From positions 248,001-312,000 of the IMG/VR virus record IMGVR_UViG_3300034072_000758: a stretch of 64,000 nucleotides of DNA; one strand, written 5' to 3'. This document shows positions 18,983 to 27,852 of the stretch, one piece after another (within the stretch, counting starts at the first letter, position 1; every line of letters starts with the position of its first letter). Below the pieces are notes generated by a model, which was not told the origin of the DNA, searched no databases, and was given only the letters and a program-made list of their open reading frames with translations. Made by a program: the position numbers and the translations under genes.

Positions 18983-19917
18983 CAGAGCTAGAATGTATCC
19001 GATTACTCATTGAAGATCAGACATTTCTCGAACGTTATAATGGCAACGCGGGTAACCGGTGTGACGGTGGTATGAAAAGCCGTATGCCGCTCTATATGGA
19101 GCACAATCCGTCCTTCCAACAGCCATTGGTCCAGCTATACATTATCTCGAAGAACTATGGTTATCGCTATTGTATTAAAACAGATGATCCGATTTTCAAT
19201 GAGGTGGTAAACCAGCGGGTTTGCTCCATCCTTGATAGGATTGATGCGAAAATGCGCGCGAATTTGGATCGATCTGTGGTTTATTCCATGTTCGATGCTA
19301 CTAGCGTCATATTCCGCTACCTATACCCGGATGTGTTGAAACGGCTGTTTAATGTTTATAAACTTCTCGATGATCAGCCCGATAACATCGGGGCAAAGCA
19401 ATTGTACGCAGAGCATATTCGTGTGGCAGAACAAGCACTGATTGATTTTGAGAACGGTAACCTTCAAGGCGTCCCAGATTTAGCATCTGAAAACGACAAG
19501 CTTGTAGTCAAACAATTCGCGTTGATGACCAACACTTACTTCAACACAGAAAATTTTGATCTTGATGATTTCGATCCACGCGCACAAAATATGTTCATTT
19601 TTTACCTGCCCTTTGTGGCTGGAAAAGTGAAGAACATTAAACAGCTTCACCGGGATTATCTGAACATATATGCCCTCACGCAAGCCTCTGTGATAGGCAC
19701 AGCGGAAGAACTCATTTATTGGCAAATTGATAATTTCGCAGGTAACTTTACACACATCTTGACTGATGAAACTAAGAAAGCCATCGAGAAGATTTATGAC
19801 ACGCCGTCATTTTTCAAATTGTGGTGTGAATGCGACTTCTCACATTACAATGTCGATGGCTTTATTAGTGCGTTTTACTCGGACGAGTTCAAAATGAAAA
19901 TGAAGCTTACTGCTTAG
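18979..19917 (+). CDS. Hypothetical protein, paralog 3 (apparently internally duplicated)
   Basis: VQLYII and AQNMFI units; ends DEFKMKMKLTA. Confidence 0.65.
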   Translation: MTELECIRLLIEDQTFLERYNGNAGNRCDGGMKSRMPLYMEHNPSFQQPLVQLYIISKNYGYRYCIKTDDPIFNEVVNQRVCSILDRIDAKMRANLDRSVVYSMFDATSVIFRYLYPDVLKRLFNVYKLLDDQPDNIGAKQLYAEHIRVAEQALIDFENGNLQGVPDLASENDKLVVKQFALMTNTYFNTENFDLDDFDPRAQNMFIFYLPFVAGKVKNIKQLHRDYLNIYALTQASVIGTAEELIYWQIDNFAGNFTHILTDETKKAIEKIYDTPSFFKLWCECDFSHYNVDGFISAFYSDEFKMKMKLTA

Positions 19918-20185
19918 AATTGTCAACTACTAATCGAAGACCGGCCTTGGTGAAGGTAAAATCGCTCCATCCTTCGACATCAGTTGCGACCACCTTGAAA
20001 TGGTAGCCGTGGAGCTTGGCCATATCGATGTACAGTTCGGTGTTTTTCGTATGGAGGCAAGCCACCAGTTCGGCGGGTTGTTCTTCCTTCATACGTCGAT
20101 AGATTTCCCCAGCCTCAAAGCCGAGGGCGAAGCTTTCGCTTTGATCGGGAAAACGAAGGACAAGGCCATAGGTTGTGTCGGTCAT
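19907..20185 (-). CDS. Hypothetical protein
   Basis: Coupled to CYTH gene. Confidence 0.6.
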   Translation of the reverse strand: MTDTTYGLVLRFPDQSESFALGFEAGEIYRRMKEEQPAELVACLHTKNTELYIDMAKLHGYHFKVVATDVEGWSDFTFTKAGLRLVVDNSKQ

Positions 20186-20667
20186 TCTGGTGTCTCATTT
20201 AGCGAGAGATAGGCGTTAGAATATCGGTAGTCGTTTGTGACATCTTTACCCAGCCAAGCGGGGAAATTGTTGAGCACCACATCGGCGCTGTTGACCTCGA
20301 TCTCAGCCACGACAAGTCCGCGATGCTTTCCGTCGAAAATATCGACTTCGATTGTATGTTCTCCATGCGGGACGTAAACGCGGGTTTTCAATATCACTCG
20401 GTCGCCACAAAGAGCCAGAAGCTCTTTCGCATCGGTAACCGGAATGTCGTATTCATATTCCGACTTAACCAGTCCGCTGCCACCCTTGACGGTGATGTTG
20501 GCTTTGGTGTCTTTGCTTGGTTCAGTCGAGAGACGAACGCGAATAGCAATTTCTTCGTTGTCTTTTGTGAGGTAGCCTTGTTGGATAACACAGTATCCAC
20601 TAGGCTTATATACGGAACGAAAATCCGGGTCCGTCACGAGAAATTTGTATTCGATTTCTTTGGCCAT
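20182..20667 (-). CDS. CYTH-domain (triphosphate tunnel) protein
   Basis: EIEYKFLV...QGYL...RVR...EYEY...KTR...EVD.F...AEIE...WLGKDVT.D.RYSN. Confidence 0.9.
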   Translation of the reverse strand: MAKEIEYKFLVTDPDFRSVYKPSGYCVIQQGYLTKDNEEIAIRVRLSTEPSKDTKANITVKGGSGLVKSEYEYDIPVTDAKELLALCGDRVILKTRVYVPHGEHTIEVDIFDGKHRGLVVAEIEVNSADVVLNNFPAWLGKDVTNDYRYSNAYLSLNETPE

Positions 20668-20771
20668 CGTGTCCTCACAATCAGATTATTCATACCATAA
20701 ATCGACAGCTTATCAACTTTTTTATTGATCATTGATCTCAAAGCAAATATTATGCGGGTAGGAGAAATATT

Positions 20772-21215
20772 ATGTTAAAGATGTCTTATCTTCCAGCGCC
20801 AACAGCGCCAGTAGATGCCGACCTAGCAAGGCTCGGTTTCCTTTGGTATGGAGATTTGCTTTGTATTCGTGAGAAGTACATCGCGTATGTTGCCCCCACA
20901 ACTGTTGAGGATGAAGAAACGAAGGAAAAACACATCCTCTGGTTCGCTCAGTCTGAGCACAATGGTCGCATTACCAAGCGTAATACTTTCATTCCACGCG
21001 AATCCGCTGTGGATCAGGCCGAAGGCTGGGCGCGGCGCGAGCATAGCATCATGATTGGTCTTCTCGAAGAGATCAGGGCGTTGGAACGATTGGTCAAAGA
21101 AACGGAAGCGCAAGTCGCTCAACGTGACGAGACCATCAGCAAAATTCGCAGCGATGCGAGTTGGGAGGCGGAGTATAACCGCACCATGAACCCACCGGCT
21201 AGAGAAAGCTGGTAA
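20772..21215 (+). CDS. Hypothetical coiled-coil protein
   Basis: AGGAG RBS; C-terminal coiled coil. Confidence 0.65.
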   Translation: MLKMSYLPAPTAPVDADLARLGFLWYGDLLCIREKYIAYVAPTTVEDEETKEKHILWFAQSEHNGRITKRNTFIPRESAVDQAEGWARREHSIMIGLLEEIRALERLVKETEAQVAQRDETISKIRSDASWEAEYNRTMNPPARESW

Positions 21216-21500
21216 ATGAAAGTTTCTGGCCAAACGGTTGATAAGAAACCTACGATGGAGGATGTCTTTGTGCTCGTTGGCACCAAAGGAGTCCCCCTCG
21301 AATTTATCTTGGAGCAATTCAAGAAGAACGAATGGATCATGGATTGGCCAGCCTACGTTGATGATGCCATGAAGGACGGTGCGAAGCTCCGTACCGTCCG
21401 TGGCCGTATTCTGGCGGCTGTGGGTGAAGTCTATGGTCCCAAGTACGTCGATGGCTTTAAAGAGCGTTTCGACTCTTTTTATAATTTTGGTGATAAATGA
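21216..21500 (+). CDS. Small protein resembling a helical subdomain of alanyl-tRNA synthetase
   Basis: DVFVLVGTKGVPLEFI...MDW compared with AlaRS AFKLYDTYGFPLDLT...VD. Confidence 0.45.
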   Translation: MKVSGQTVDKKPTMEDVFVLVGTKGVPLEFILEQFKKNEWIMDWPAYVDDAMKDGAKLRTVRGRILAAVGEVYGPKYVDGFKERFDSFYNFGDK

Positions 21501-21781
21501 TGTCGCAAAAAGAACCAAAAATCGTTGTGATACCGGCATCGGATAAAGCACAAAAAGCATACCAGAAGCTCAAGGGCCTGTGGGAAGCAGCCATGCTAAC
21601 TGTACCGGGATTTGCCCGCCGTGGTTTGGATTGTCAGCACATAAATGAAATCCCAGAATATTCGATAGACGCTGACCAAGTGCTGCGCGCTCAAGCTGCC
21701 AAGCACGAGGTAAACGGGTGTACACATCGTATGGCTATAAAGGATGGGGTTCTTCAACATGTCATCGCCATCCCGAAATAA
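21497..21781 (+). CDS. Hypothetical protein
   Basis: ATGA overlap. Confidence 0.6.
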   Translation: MMSQKEPKIVVIPASDKAQKAYQKLKGLWEAAMLTVPGFARRGLDCQHINEIPEYSIDADQVLRAQAAKHEVNGCTHRMAIKDGVLQHVIAIPK

Positions 21782-22139
21782 CATCACGGTCAATCGCACC
21801 CTGAGCGTAAGGTTTACCAGCAAACTGGTGAATCTGGTAAAGAAGTACATTGCTGCGAATGTAGATCGCCCATTATTGCTTCTTTCGACGGGGAAACAAA
21901 GTGTTATCTATTCGGTTGGTGATGATGGCAAAACATCTATAAAAGTTTATAGAAGTTCATTCGCTTCCGCTCAATCTAGTATAGTATATGAAGGGGGCTT
22001 TTTTCGCTGGCATTTAGGCCATGTCGAAGTGGCTAATCATTTTCGATTAGCTTTTATCGGCGGTCGTCTCCGTTACCTCTCTGACATCAACATGGGCGAA
22101 GACGAAATCCTGATGAAAGTTGTGTTATTTTTGTCATGA
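21759..22139 (+). CDS. Hypothetical protein, C-terminal tail family
   Basis: Ends GEDEILMKVVLFLS. Confidence 0.6.
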   Translation: MSSPSRNNITVNRTLSVRFTSKLVNLVKKYIAANVDRPLLLLSTGKQSVIYSVGDDGKTSIKVYRSSFASAQSSIVYEGGFFRWHLGHVEVANHFRLAFIGGRLRYLSDINMGEDEILMKVVLFLS

Positions 22140-22471
22140 GTGGTCAAGCATCAACCGAAGCAATGACACGCTTTTTGAACGCCTATTTAAAGGCGTTTGA
22201 GGATCGTCGTGAGTGGAACAATGAGAGCGGCTTTTACGATCTGGGTAAAACCCAAATCGTAGTCAGGCGCAGTAAGCATTTGGAGAAACATAATGATTAT
22301 GTGAAAGTAGGGCGCATGATCGACACCAAAACGTATACCAAATACATATTGTATATAAATGTAATATGGTCACAACATATTATGGTTCATTTCTTCCACG
22401 ATGGAAGCCATGTGGTCACTAGCCAAGATGAACCCGATGACGCTTTAGTTTCTCTTTTATTATTGATATAA
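22136..22471 (+). CDS. Hypothetical protein, C-terminal tail family
   Basis: Ends PDDALVSLLLLI. Confidence 0.6.
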   Translation: MSGQASTEAMTRFLNAYLKAFEDRREWNNESGFYDLGKTQIVVRRSKHLEKHNDYVKVGRMIDTKTYTKYILYINVIWSQHIMVHFFHDGSHVVTSQDEPDDALVSLLLLI

Positions 22472-22791
22472 TGACGCCAGAAGTTCAGACATTTAGTAAA
22501 CAAGCCGTGAAGAGTATATTGTCAGTTTTGACGATAGACGCTATTACCAGCCAGATTTCGCAAAAATATTGTTCGGTTTTTCAGGTAGGTAAAACTTTTG
22601 TCCGCATATCGAGAACTGTCCAATTCGTATCGCCGGACATTGTATTGTATGGACCAACCCCGTATTATTACATCATGTATATAATGTACGAAAAAGATTT
22701 TATACACTTTGAACGTGACGGAACGTATGCTATATTTTGTGAGTACGATCATGATGAATTTCTCATGACAACTCTATTGGCTATGGCGTGA
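22471..22791 (+). CDS. Hypothetical protein, C-terminal tail family
   Basis: Ends HDEFLMTTLLAMA. Confidence 0.6.
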   Translation: MTPEVQTFSKQAVKSILSVLTIDAITSQISQKYCSVFQVGKTFVRISRTVQFVSPDIVLYGPTPYYYIMYIMYEKDFIHFERDGTYAIFCEYDHDEFLMTTLLAMA

Positions 22792-23472
22792 ATGGGATAC
22801 TGTTCAAAATTCTACGGATCAATCAAAATCACTCCTGCGGTCGAACTGACCCCGGAGTTTTTGGCGCGATATAATACTCTGGACATTACTGAGCGTTGGC
22901 AGAAATGTCAAAGTCAAAACGGGATGTTGTCTGGTAACTATTGGAAGATTTCGGATGACGGTCAACGTCTCGTATGGATGACTGGTTATGAAAAATTCTA
23001 CTTATCAAACCTGTGGCTCGAAGAAGTCATGGATTTTCTTACCGGACTCGGCCACAAGATGAATGGTCGTTTTCGTGTGAGTGGCGAGGAACGTCCCGAT
23101 TTTTGGGGCATGATGGTTGTGGATGGTGTCGTCTTCACCATTGGTCAAGAACATCTTTATTTTGAAGAGGCTGAACGGTCTTTAGTACGTTTTGCGTCGG
23201 CGACGGTGGGGATGGGTCAACCATATAGGCGGACAGATCGCGTCCCATCGGCAGTTGATGAAAAGCTCGTTCAGTATATCGTTCGAGGCAAAGTCAACGA
23301 TCCATTTCCTATAGAAATTCTCGAAACAGAATACCACGAGATCACTAATCCACCACTCGCCAGATTGGTCGCCAAGATCGCCGAACGCGAAGGCAAAGAC
23401 GATGTTGCCGTGGGATTGATCACCAAATTCGGTCGCAACAGTCATAGGCATTATTCCATTTATGCTCCGTAG
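22792..23472 (+). CDS. Hypothetical phage protein
   Basis: MGY.SKF.GSI.ITP...EKFY...WL...GEE..DFW pattern. Confidence 0.65.
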   Translation: MGYCSKFYGSIKITPAVELTPEFLARYNTLDITERWQKCQSQNGMLSGNYWKISDDGQRLVWMTGYEKFYLSNLWLEEVMDFLTGLGHKMNGRFRVSGEERPDFWGMMVVDGVVFTIGQEHLYFEEAERSLVRFASATVGMGQPYRRTDRVPSAVDEKLVQYIVRGKVNDPFPIEILETEYHEITNPPLARLVAKIAEREGKDDVAVGLITKFGRNSHRHYSIYAP

Positions 23473-23785
23473 ATCACAACTCCCCACCGCTGTTCCCCCA
23501 GATCAAATGTTCAAGATCGTAAAAATGATCTGGGACAAGCGCGCTCCTCTGGCTATCCATGCTGGTAAAATGAAGGTGGCTGGGTTGGAGGTTTTCGTTT
23601 GGGAAGAAAAGCCTACGAACGATGACGAAAAAGCCTCTGTGTTCCAAGTCAAGTCAATCACTTGGGATGACCTTCATATCGACTTGGAATATACATCGAA
23701 TAAGGTGTATGGCTATCTTGCTGCCCGTTATCCGGGGAGCCTTGACGACGCATTGATCACACTCAACCTGAAACTGGCCGCATGA
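23462..23785 (+). CDS. Hypothetical protein, C-terminal tail family
   Basis: Ends LDDALITLNLKLAA. Confidence 0.6.
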   Translation: MLRRSQLPTAVPPDQMFKIVKMIWDKRAPLAIHAGKMKVAGLEVFVWEEKPTNDDEKASVFQVKSITWDDLHIDLEYTSNKVYGYLAARYPGSLDDALITLNLKLAA

Positions 23786-24159
23786 CGACCCGAAAATATA
23801 TATCCTACAAGTCTCAGCAAGAAATCGTTCAATACGCCCGAAAGCTGTTAAGAAATAAAACGACAAAGGATGCTAGTTACACCGGAGTTGCTGGCCAGAT
23901 TGTATACGATTATGGAAAAGCAATCTTGACAATAGGCTATTCCTTTGACGGTAGCACTCATGGTACTATTGGTGATGTCAGTAGCTTGCTATTAATGAAG
24001 TCTGCTACCGATGACATAGCGCATTGGTTTCTGGTTTGTATTGAAATAGAAGAAGAGTTTAATTTAGTTTCTTATCGTAGCAAGATGCTATACTACTCTG
24101 AACACCAAGACTTAAGTGAAGACGAAATATTGGTCAAGGTTGGTCTTTATTTAAATTGA
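23782..24159 (+). CDS. Hypothetical protein, C-terminal tail family
   Basis: Ends SEDEILVKVGLYLN. Confidence 0.6.
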   Translation: MTTRKYISYKSQQEIVQYARKLLRNKTTKDASYTGVAGQIVYDYGKAILTIGYSFDGSTHGTIGDVSSLLLMKSATDDIAHWFLVCIEIEEEFNLVSYRSKMLYYSEHQDLSEDEILVKVGLYLN

Positions 24160-24192
24160 TGAATACTTATTCAATACTGTATAATATACGGT

Positions 24193-25170
24193 ATGAAGAA
24201 TATTCTCGTGACTGGCGGAGCCGGATATATTGGCTCCCATACTTGTAAAGCATTATCGAAAGCTGGCTATAAGCCAATCGTCATAGACAACCTCTCTACC
24301 GGCTTTGAGAAGGCCGTACAGTGGGGTCCGCTGATTGTCGCGGACATCCAAGACAAAGAGGTTGTCTCAACGATCCTGACCGATCACAACATCGACAGCG
24401 TAATTCATTTCGCGGCGTCCAGTCAGGTGGCGGAGTCCATCGATAACCCGGACAAATATTTTACGAACAATGTTGAGAACGCCTGTCTCTTCTTGAAGAC
24501 CTGTATCGATAATGGTGTGAAGAATTTCATCTTCTCTTCGACCGCCGCTGTCTATGGTAATCCTCTGACCGACATCATCACCGAAGATCATCAGACCAAG
24601 CCTATCAATCCGTATGGCGATAGCAAGCTGGCCTTCGAGACGATCCTGCGCGAGGAAGCACCCAAGTACGCTGGGGGAGATTTCAATTCAATTGTGCTGA
24701 GATACTTCAATGCGTGTGGGGCGGATGTGGATGGGGAGATTGGCGAAGACCATGACCCGGAGACGCACCTTATCCCGCTGATCTGTAAAGCTTGGCTTAA
24801 GGGCGATCACATCCGTATCTTCGGGACCGATTACAAGACCGTAGACGGCACAGCGGTGCGAGACTATGTGGACGTGGCCGATCTTGCTGACGCCCATGTA
24901 CGGGCCTTGGAGAGCCTTCTAGGGGGTGGTTCGTCTCAGGTGTTCAATGTAGGCACCGGAGCGGGCTACAGTGTCCTACAGGTCTGTCAGATGGCATCGG
25001 GGATGATGGAGGGGTTGCGGGGTGAGAACTTGGATCGCAGACCGGGTGATCCGCGTATTCTGGTAGCGTCGAACCAAAAGATAAAAGACGCCCTCGGTTG
25101 GGAACCGAAGACGCCTTTGGAAGAGAGTATCAGGCGGACGCTTGCTTGGGAGAGGAAGAAACTCGATTAA
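24193..25170 (+). CDS. galE: UDP-glucose 4-epimerase
   Basis: VTGGAGYIGSH, HFAA, FSSTAAVYG, PYGDSK, LRYFNACGA, RDYVDV.DLA.AH, RRPGDP. Confidence 0.95.
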   Translation: MKNILVTGGAGYIGSHTCKALSKAGYKPIVIDNLSTGFEKAVQWGPLIVADIQDKEVVSTILTDHNIDSVIHFAASSQVAESIDNPDKYFTNNVENACLFLKTCIDNGVKNFIFSSTAAVYGNPLTDIITEDHQTKPINPYGDSKLAFETILREEAPKYAGGDFNSIVLRYFNACGADVDGEIGEDHDPETHLIPLICKAWLKGDHIRIFGTDYKTVDGTAVRDYVDVADLADAHVRALESLLGGGSSQVFNVGTGAGYSVLQVCQMASGMMEGLRGENLDRRPGDPRILVASNQKIKDALGWEPKTPLEESIRRTLAWERKKLD

Positions 25171-26506
25171 TTCTTATTATCTCACTCTGTTCTCTATACC
25201 ACTTATTAAATGAGCCACTTGTTCGTGATCTCATACTATGATGCCTATTATATTCGTAACTCCCCACTACAAAATTTCCCAACTTATATTCTTCTAAAAG
25301 TTCTTCCGCACTTTTAGTTGAGTTGCGCTGATTATAAATTTCATCTGTTGCTTTTCGATAAGCTTCATTTTTTGCGCGCAACCTAATATGTCGATTGTGC
25401 TCATAAGTATTTGTAACAAAAGGGCCTTTGCGAAATAATTCAATCATGGCTTCGGGCGTGATTGTTTTATTTCTTGCTTTGGAAATTTGATCAGTTTCTC
25501 TTTTATAAGCTGAATTTTTTTTACGCAATGTGTAATGGCGCTCACTCAATTTTGACCCATTTTCAAACGTGCTCACTTTAAATAGTTCCAGCATTTCCTC
25601 AGCGCTTTTAGATTTAGGGCGTGTGGCAAGAATGGCTTCGGTTTCCGCCCTGTACCACTCGTTTTTTCTACGCTGGTAGTGATGGCGGATTAATTGAGAT
25701 TTGTTAAGAAGTCCTTCTTTAAACAATTTCAGCAATTCATTTAGTTCTTCTTGAGTTGTAGCTGACCTAAATTTCCATTTAGGGTTAATACGTATAAGTT
25801 CATCGATGAACGCCGGATCGGATTTATGTAGTCGAACCACCCCAGCCCCCAGCTTACCGCTCTTTGGGCGATCTCTTCCTTGTTTTGCCAAAGACAATAA
25901 TGATGTTTTCAGTTTCTCTATATTTCTGGTTTCAAACCATTCTGGACGCAAGTTATGTATTTCGGCAGATAGCGCAGCATCATACGTTTTTGATTTTGGA
26001 TTCCAACAATATCTCATAAAAGCCATGTTTATTTTCGGATCATCCTTTCTGTTGGAGCCATCCTTCGCAAATTGTAATATCATTTGTTTAGTTCTATCTA
26101 CAGACCGTAGCCACTCTGGGTGAAGGCTAAGAACCAAAGGTCTTAAGCTAATAGGCCCACTTTGGTTTAAATAAACATATGAGCTATATCCGCTATGAAG
26201 TGGATGCCCTTGTTTAGGAGGTATTTTCTCTTCTCTGATATACTTTTCTACACGATCTCTGAGTGTAAGTAACCAATCGGGATGATGCTTCTTCACTAGA
26301 TCAATAATGTATTGTCGATGATTTTTATTTGAGGGAGAAGCATATGCCACATATGCTGGATATAAGTCATGACCTTTCTCTGGTTTTTTGCTATCAGCAT
26401 TAATAATATATTCCACCAACTGTTCCACGCGATTGCGCTTATTCTCTAACCAAGAGGGGGCTTTAGTCCTTATTTCTTTTAGTAATCTCAACTGTTGATT
26501 TAACAT
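25130..26506 (-). CDS. Basic protein with two kinds of tandem helical repeats
   Basis: Repeats ending HPDWL/HPEWL/RPEWF/NPKWK, then four units of LLELFK...RH..LR.KN..Y...T..I. Confidence 0.7.
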   Translation of the reverse strand: MLNQQLRLLKEIRTKAPSWLENKRNRVEQLVEYIINADSKKPEKGHDLYPAYVAYASPSNKNHRQYIIDLVKKHHPDWLLTLRDRVEKYIREEKIPPKQGHPLHSGYSSYVYLNQSGPISLRPLVLSLHPEWLRSVDRTKQMILQFAKDGSNRKDDPKINMAFMRYCWNPKSKTYDAALSAEIHNLRPEWFETRNIEKLKTSLLSLAKQGRDRPKSGKLGAGVVRLHKSDPAFIDELIRINPKWKFRSATTQEELNELLKLFKEGLLNKSQLIRHHYQRRKNEWYRAETEAILATRPKSKSAEEMLELFKVSTFENGSKLSERHYTLRKKNSAYKRETDQISKARNKTITPEAMIELFRKGPFVTNTYEHNRHIRLRAKNEAYRKATDEIYNQRNSTKSAEELLEEYKLGNFVVGSYEYNRHHSMRSRTSGSFNKWYREQSEIIRINRVSSSPKQASA

Positions 26507-27120
26507 TACTTAACGCCTTGTTGAATTATTTTCATACCGTCTGGTCTAATATCACCATCTGGTGATACTATGCGATATAATGTGTTTCGAGTTATTTTCA
26601 TTTTCTTACAAAAATCTTCAATAGACATATCTCTATTAGAAGATTTCAGAAAATCAACTGCTTCGTACAATTCATTTGTTGTCCAAACAAATTTACGACC
26701 TCCGGGGTTACCGATCTCTATGCCGGAAAACGTTTTATATGCTTTATACAATCTATCCAACTCACTCTTCAAGTACAAAATCGCATATATTGAAATTTTA
26801 TATTTTGAACTTATTTGTTTATCAGGACAGCCATCCAATATATCTCTACAGATTGCGTCGGTTTTTTTATCAAACAGCCCAGCAAATAATTTTTCTTTCA
26901 TGTATTTCGGCTTCTTCTCAAGCATACACTCATACGCCTGTTTGTTTGTGATGCGTTTATAGGTATCACACTCGTTTCTATATTTCTGATGTGTATCCAA
27001 ATCGGAACCAGTGAAACGCTCACCACTCAAGGTTCTTTCTAAAAAAAGTTCTTTTTTATCTTTTAGTAGGTTAGGAGCATGCATTCTGAGCATAGAAAGT
27101 AACTGTTTCTCGGTCGCCAT
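26506..27120 (-). CDS. Protein with C-terminal serine-resolvase-type HTH
   Basis: GGRKF...FCKKMKITRNTLYRIVSPDGDIRPDG. Confidence 0.65.
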   Translation of the reverse strand: MATEKQLLSMLRMHAPNLLKDKKELFLERTLSGERFTGSDLDTHQKYRNECDTYKRITNKQAYECMLEKKPKYMKEKLFAGLFDKKTDAICRDILDGCPDKQISSKYKISIYAILYLKSELDRLYKAYKTFSGIEIGNPGGRKFVWTTNELYEAVDFLKSSNRDMSIEDFCKKMKITRNTLYRIVSPDGDIRPDGMKIIQQGVK

Positions 27121-27123
27121 TAT

Positions 27124-27852
27124 TTAATACCTCGATATATTGAAAAGAATGAAATACATCGGGGAAGAAGTAGTAGTCGCCCGATATAATTTGCTATCTA
27201 TTACATTCAAAATCTTCATATCCGTTATTTCCTCTAATAGCAATGAATAAATGGCAGAGGTAACAACTTCTAAAGTATTAAGTTTTAACACACGCTCGTC
27301 TACATCATGTGTGAAAACTTCTTTCGAGATATTGTCCGTTTGGCTATACATTTCTTCTTCGGAAAGATAAGCGTTATCGGACAAGAAGCGATAGAACCAA
27401 TCGGCAGTACCTCTTGGTGTTCTTTGGAATGTTACTCCAAGAATTAAATTTTTCTGGGAAGCATATTTAACAAAATCACAAATATCGGACATTATACTTT
27501 CTGATGGCGCTCCCATATAATCTAAAAAGGCAGCGTCGTGTTTTATCTTATCCGTTTCTGGATTATTGATATATTGGTGATTTATGTACTTATTCACCGA
27601 GCAATTGTACATGTGAATAAATGGATGCGCCGTCATAATACTATGATATATAGTCGTATCTATTTCACAGCCAACCAAGCGAATATTAGGCCATTTTGAT
27701 CGAAGTAATTTGGCATCATGAGCTTCCGCACTAGGAAGCAAGAATGTGTATTTCGGCTCTATTAAATGATTACTAAGAGCCGTAATAAAAGATTCTCTAC
27801 ATTCTTGCTTATGGCCTTCTGATGTATCGAACGGCATGTTCATCCGATCCAC
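27124..27852 (-). CDS. Class I SAM-dependent methyltransferase-like protein
   Basis: FLLPS...LVGCEID...DAAFLDYMG...LGVTF Rossmann-type pattern. Confidence 0.5.
   Translation of the reverse strand: MDRMNMPFDTSEGHKQECRESFITALSNHLIEPKYTFLLPSAEAHDAKLLRSKWPNIRLVGCEIDTTIYHSIMTAHPFIHMYNCSVNKYINHQYINNPETDKIKHDAAFLDYMGAPSESIMSDICDFVKYASQKNLILGVTFQRTPRGTADWFYRFLSDNAYLSEEEMYSQTDNISKEVFTHDVDERVLKLNTLEVVTSAIYSLLLEEITDMKILNVIDSKLYRATTTSSPMYFILFNISRY

Noticed and set aside
26506-27120. Transposon or invertase element at the AT-rich island
   Set aside because: Only the resolvase HTH is present; I found no catalytic recombinase domain, transposase or terminal repeats.
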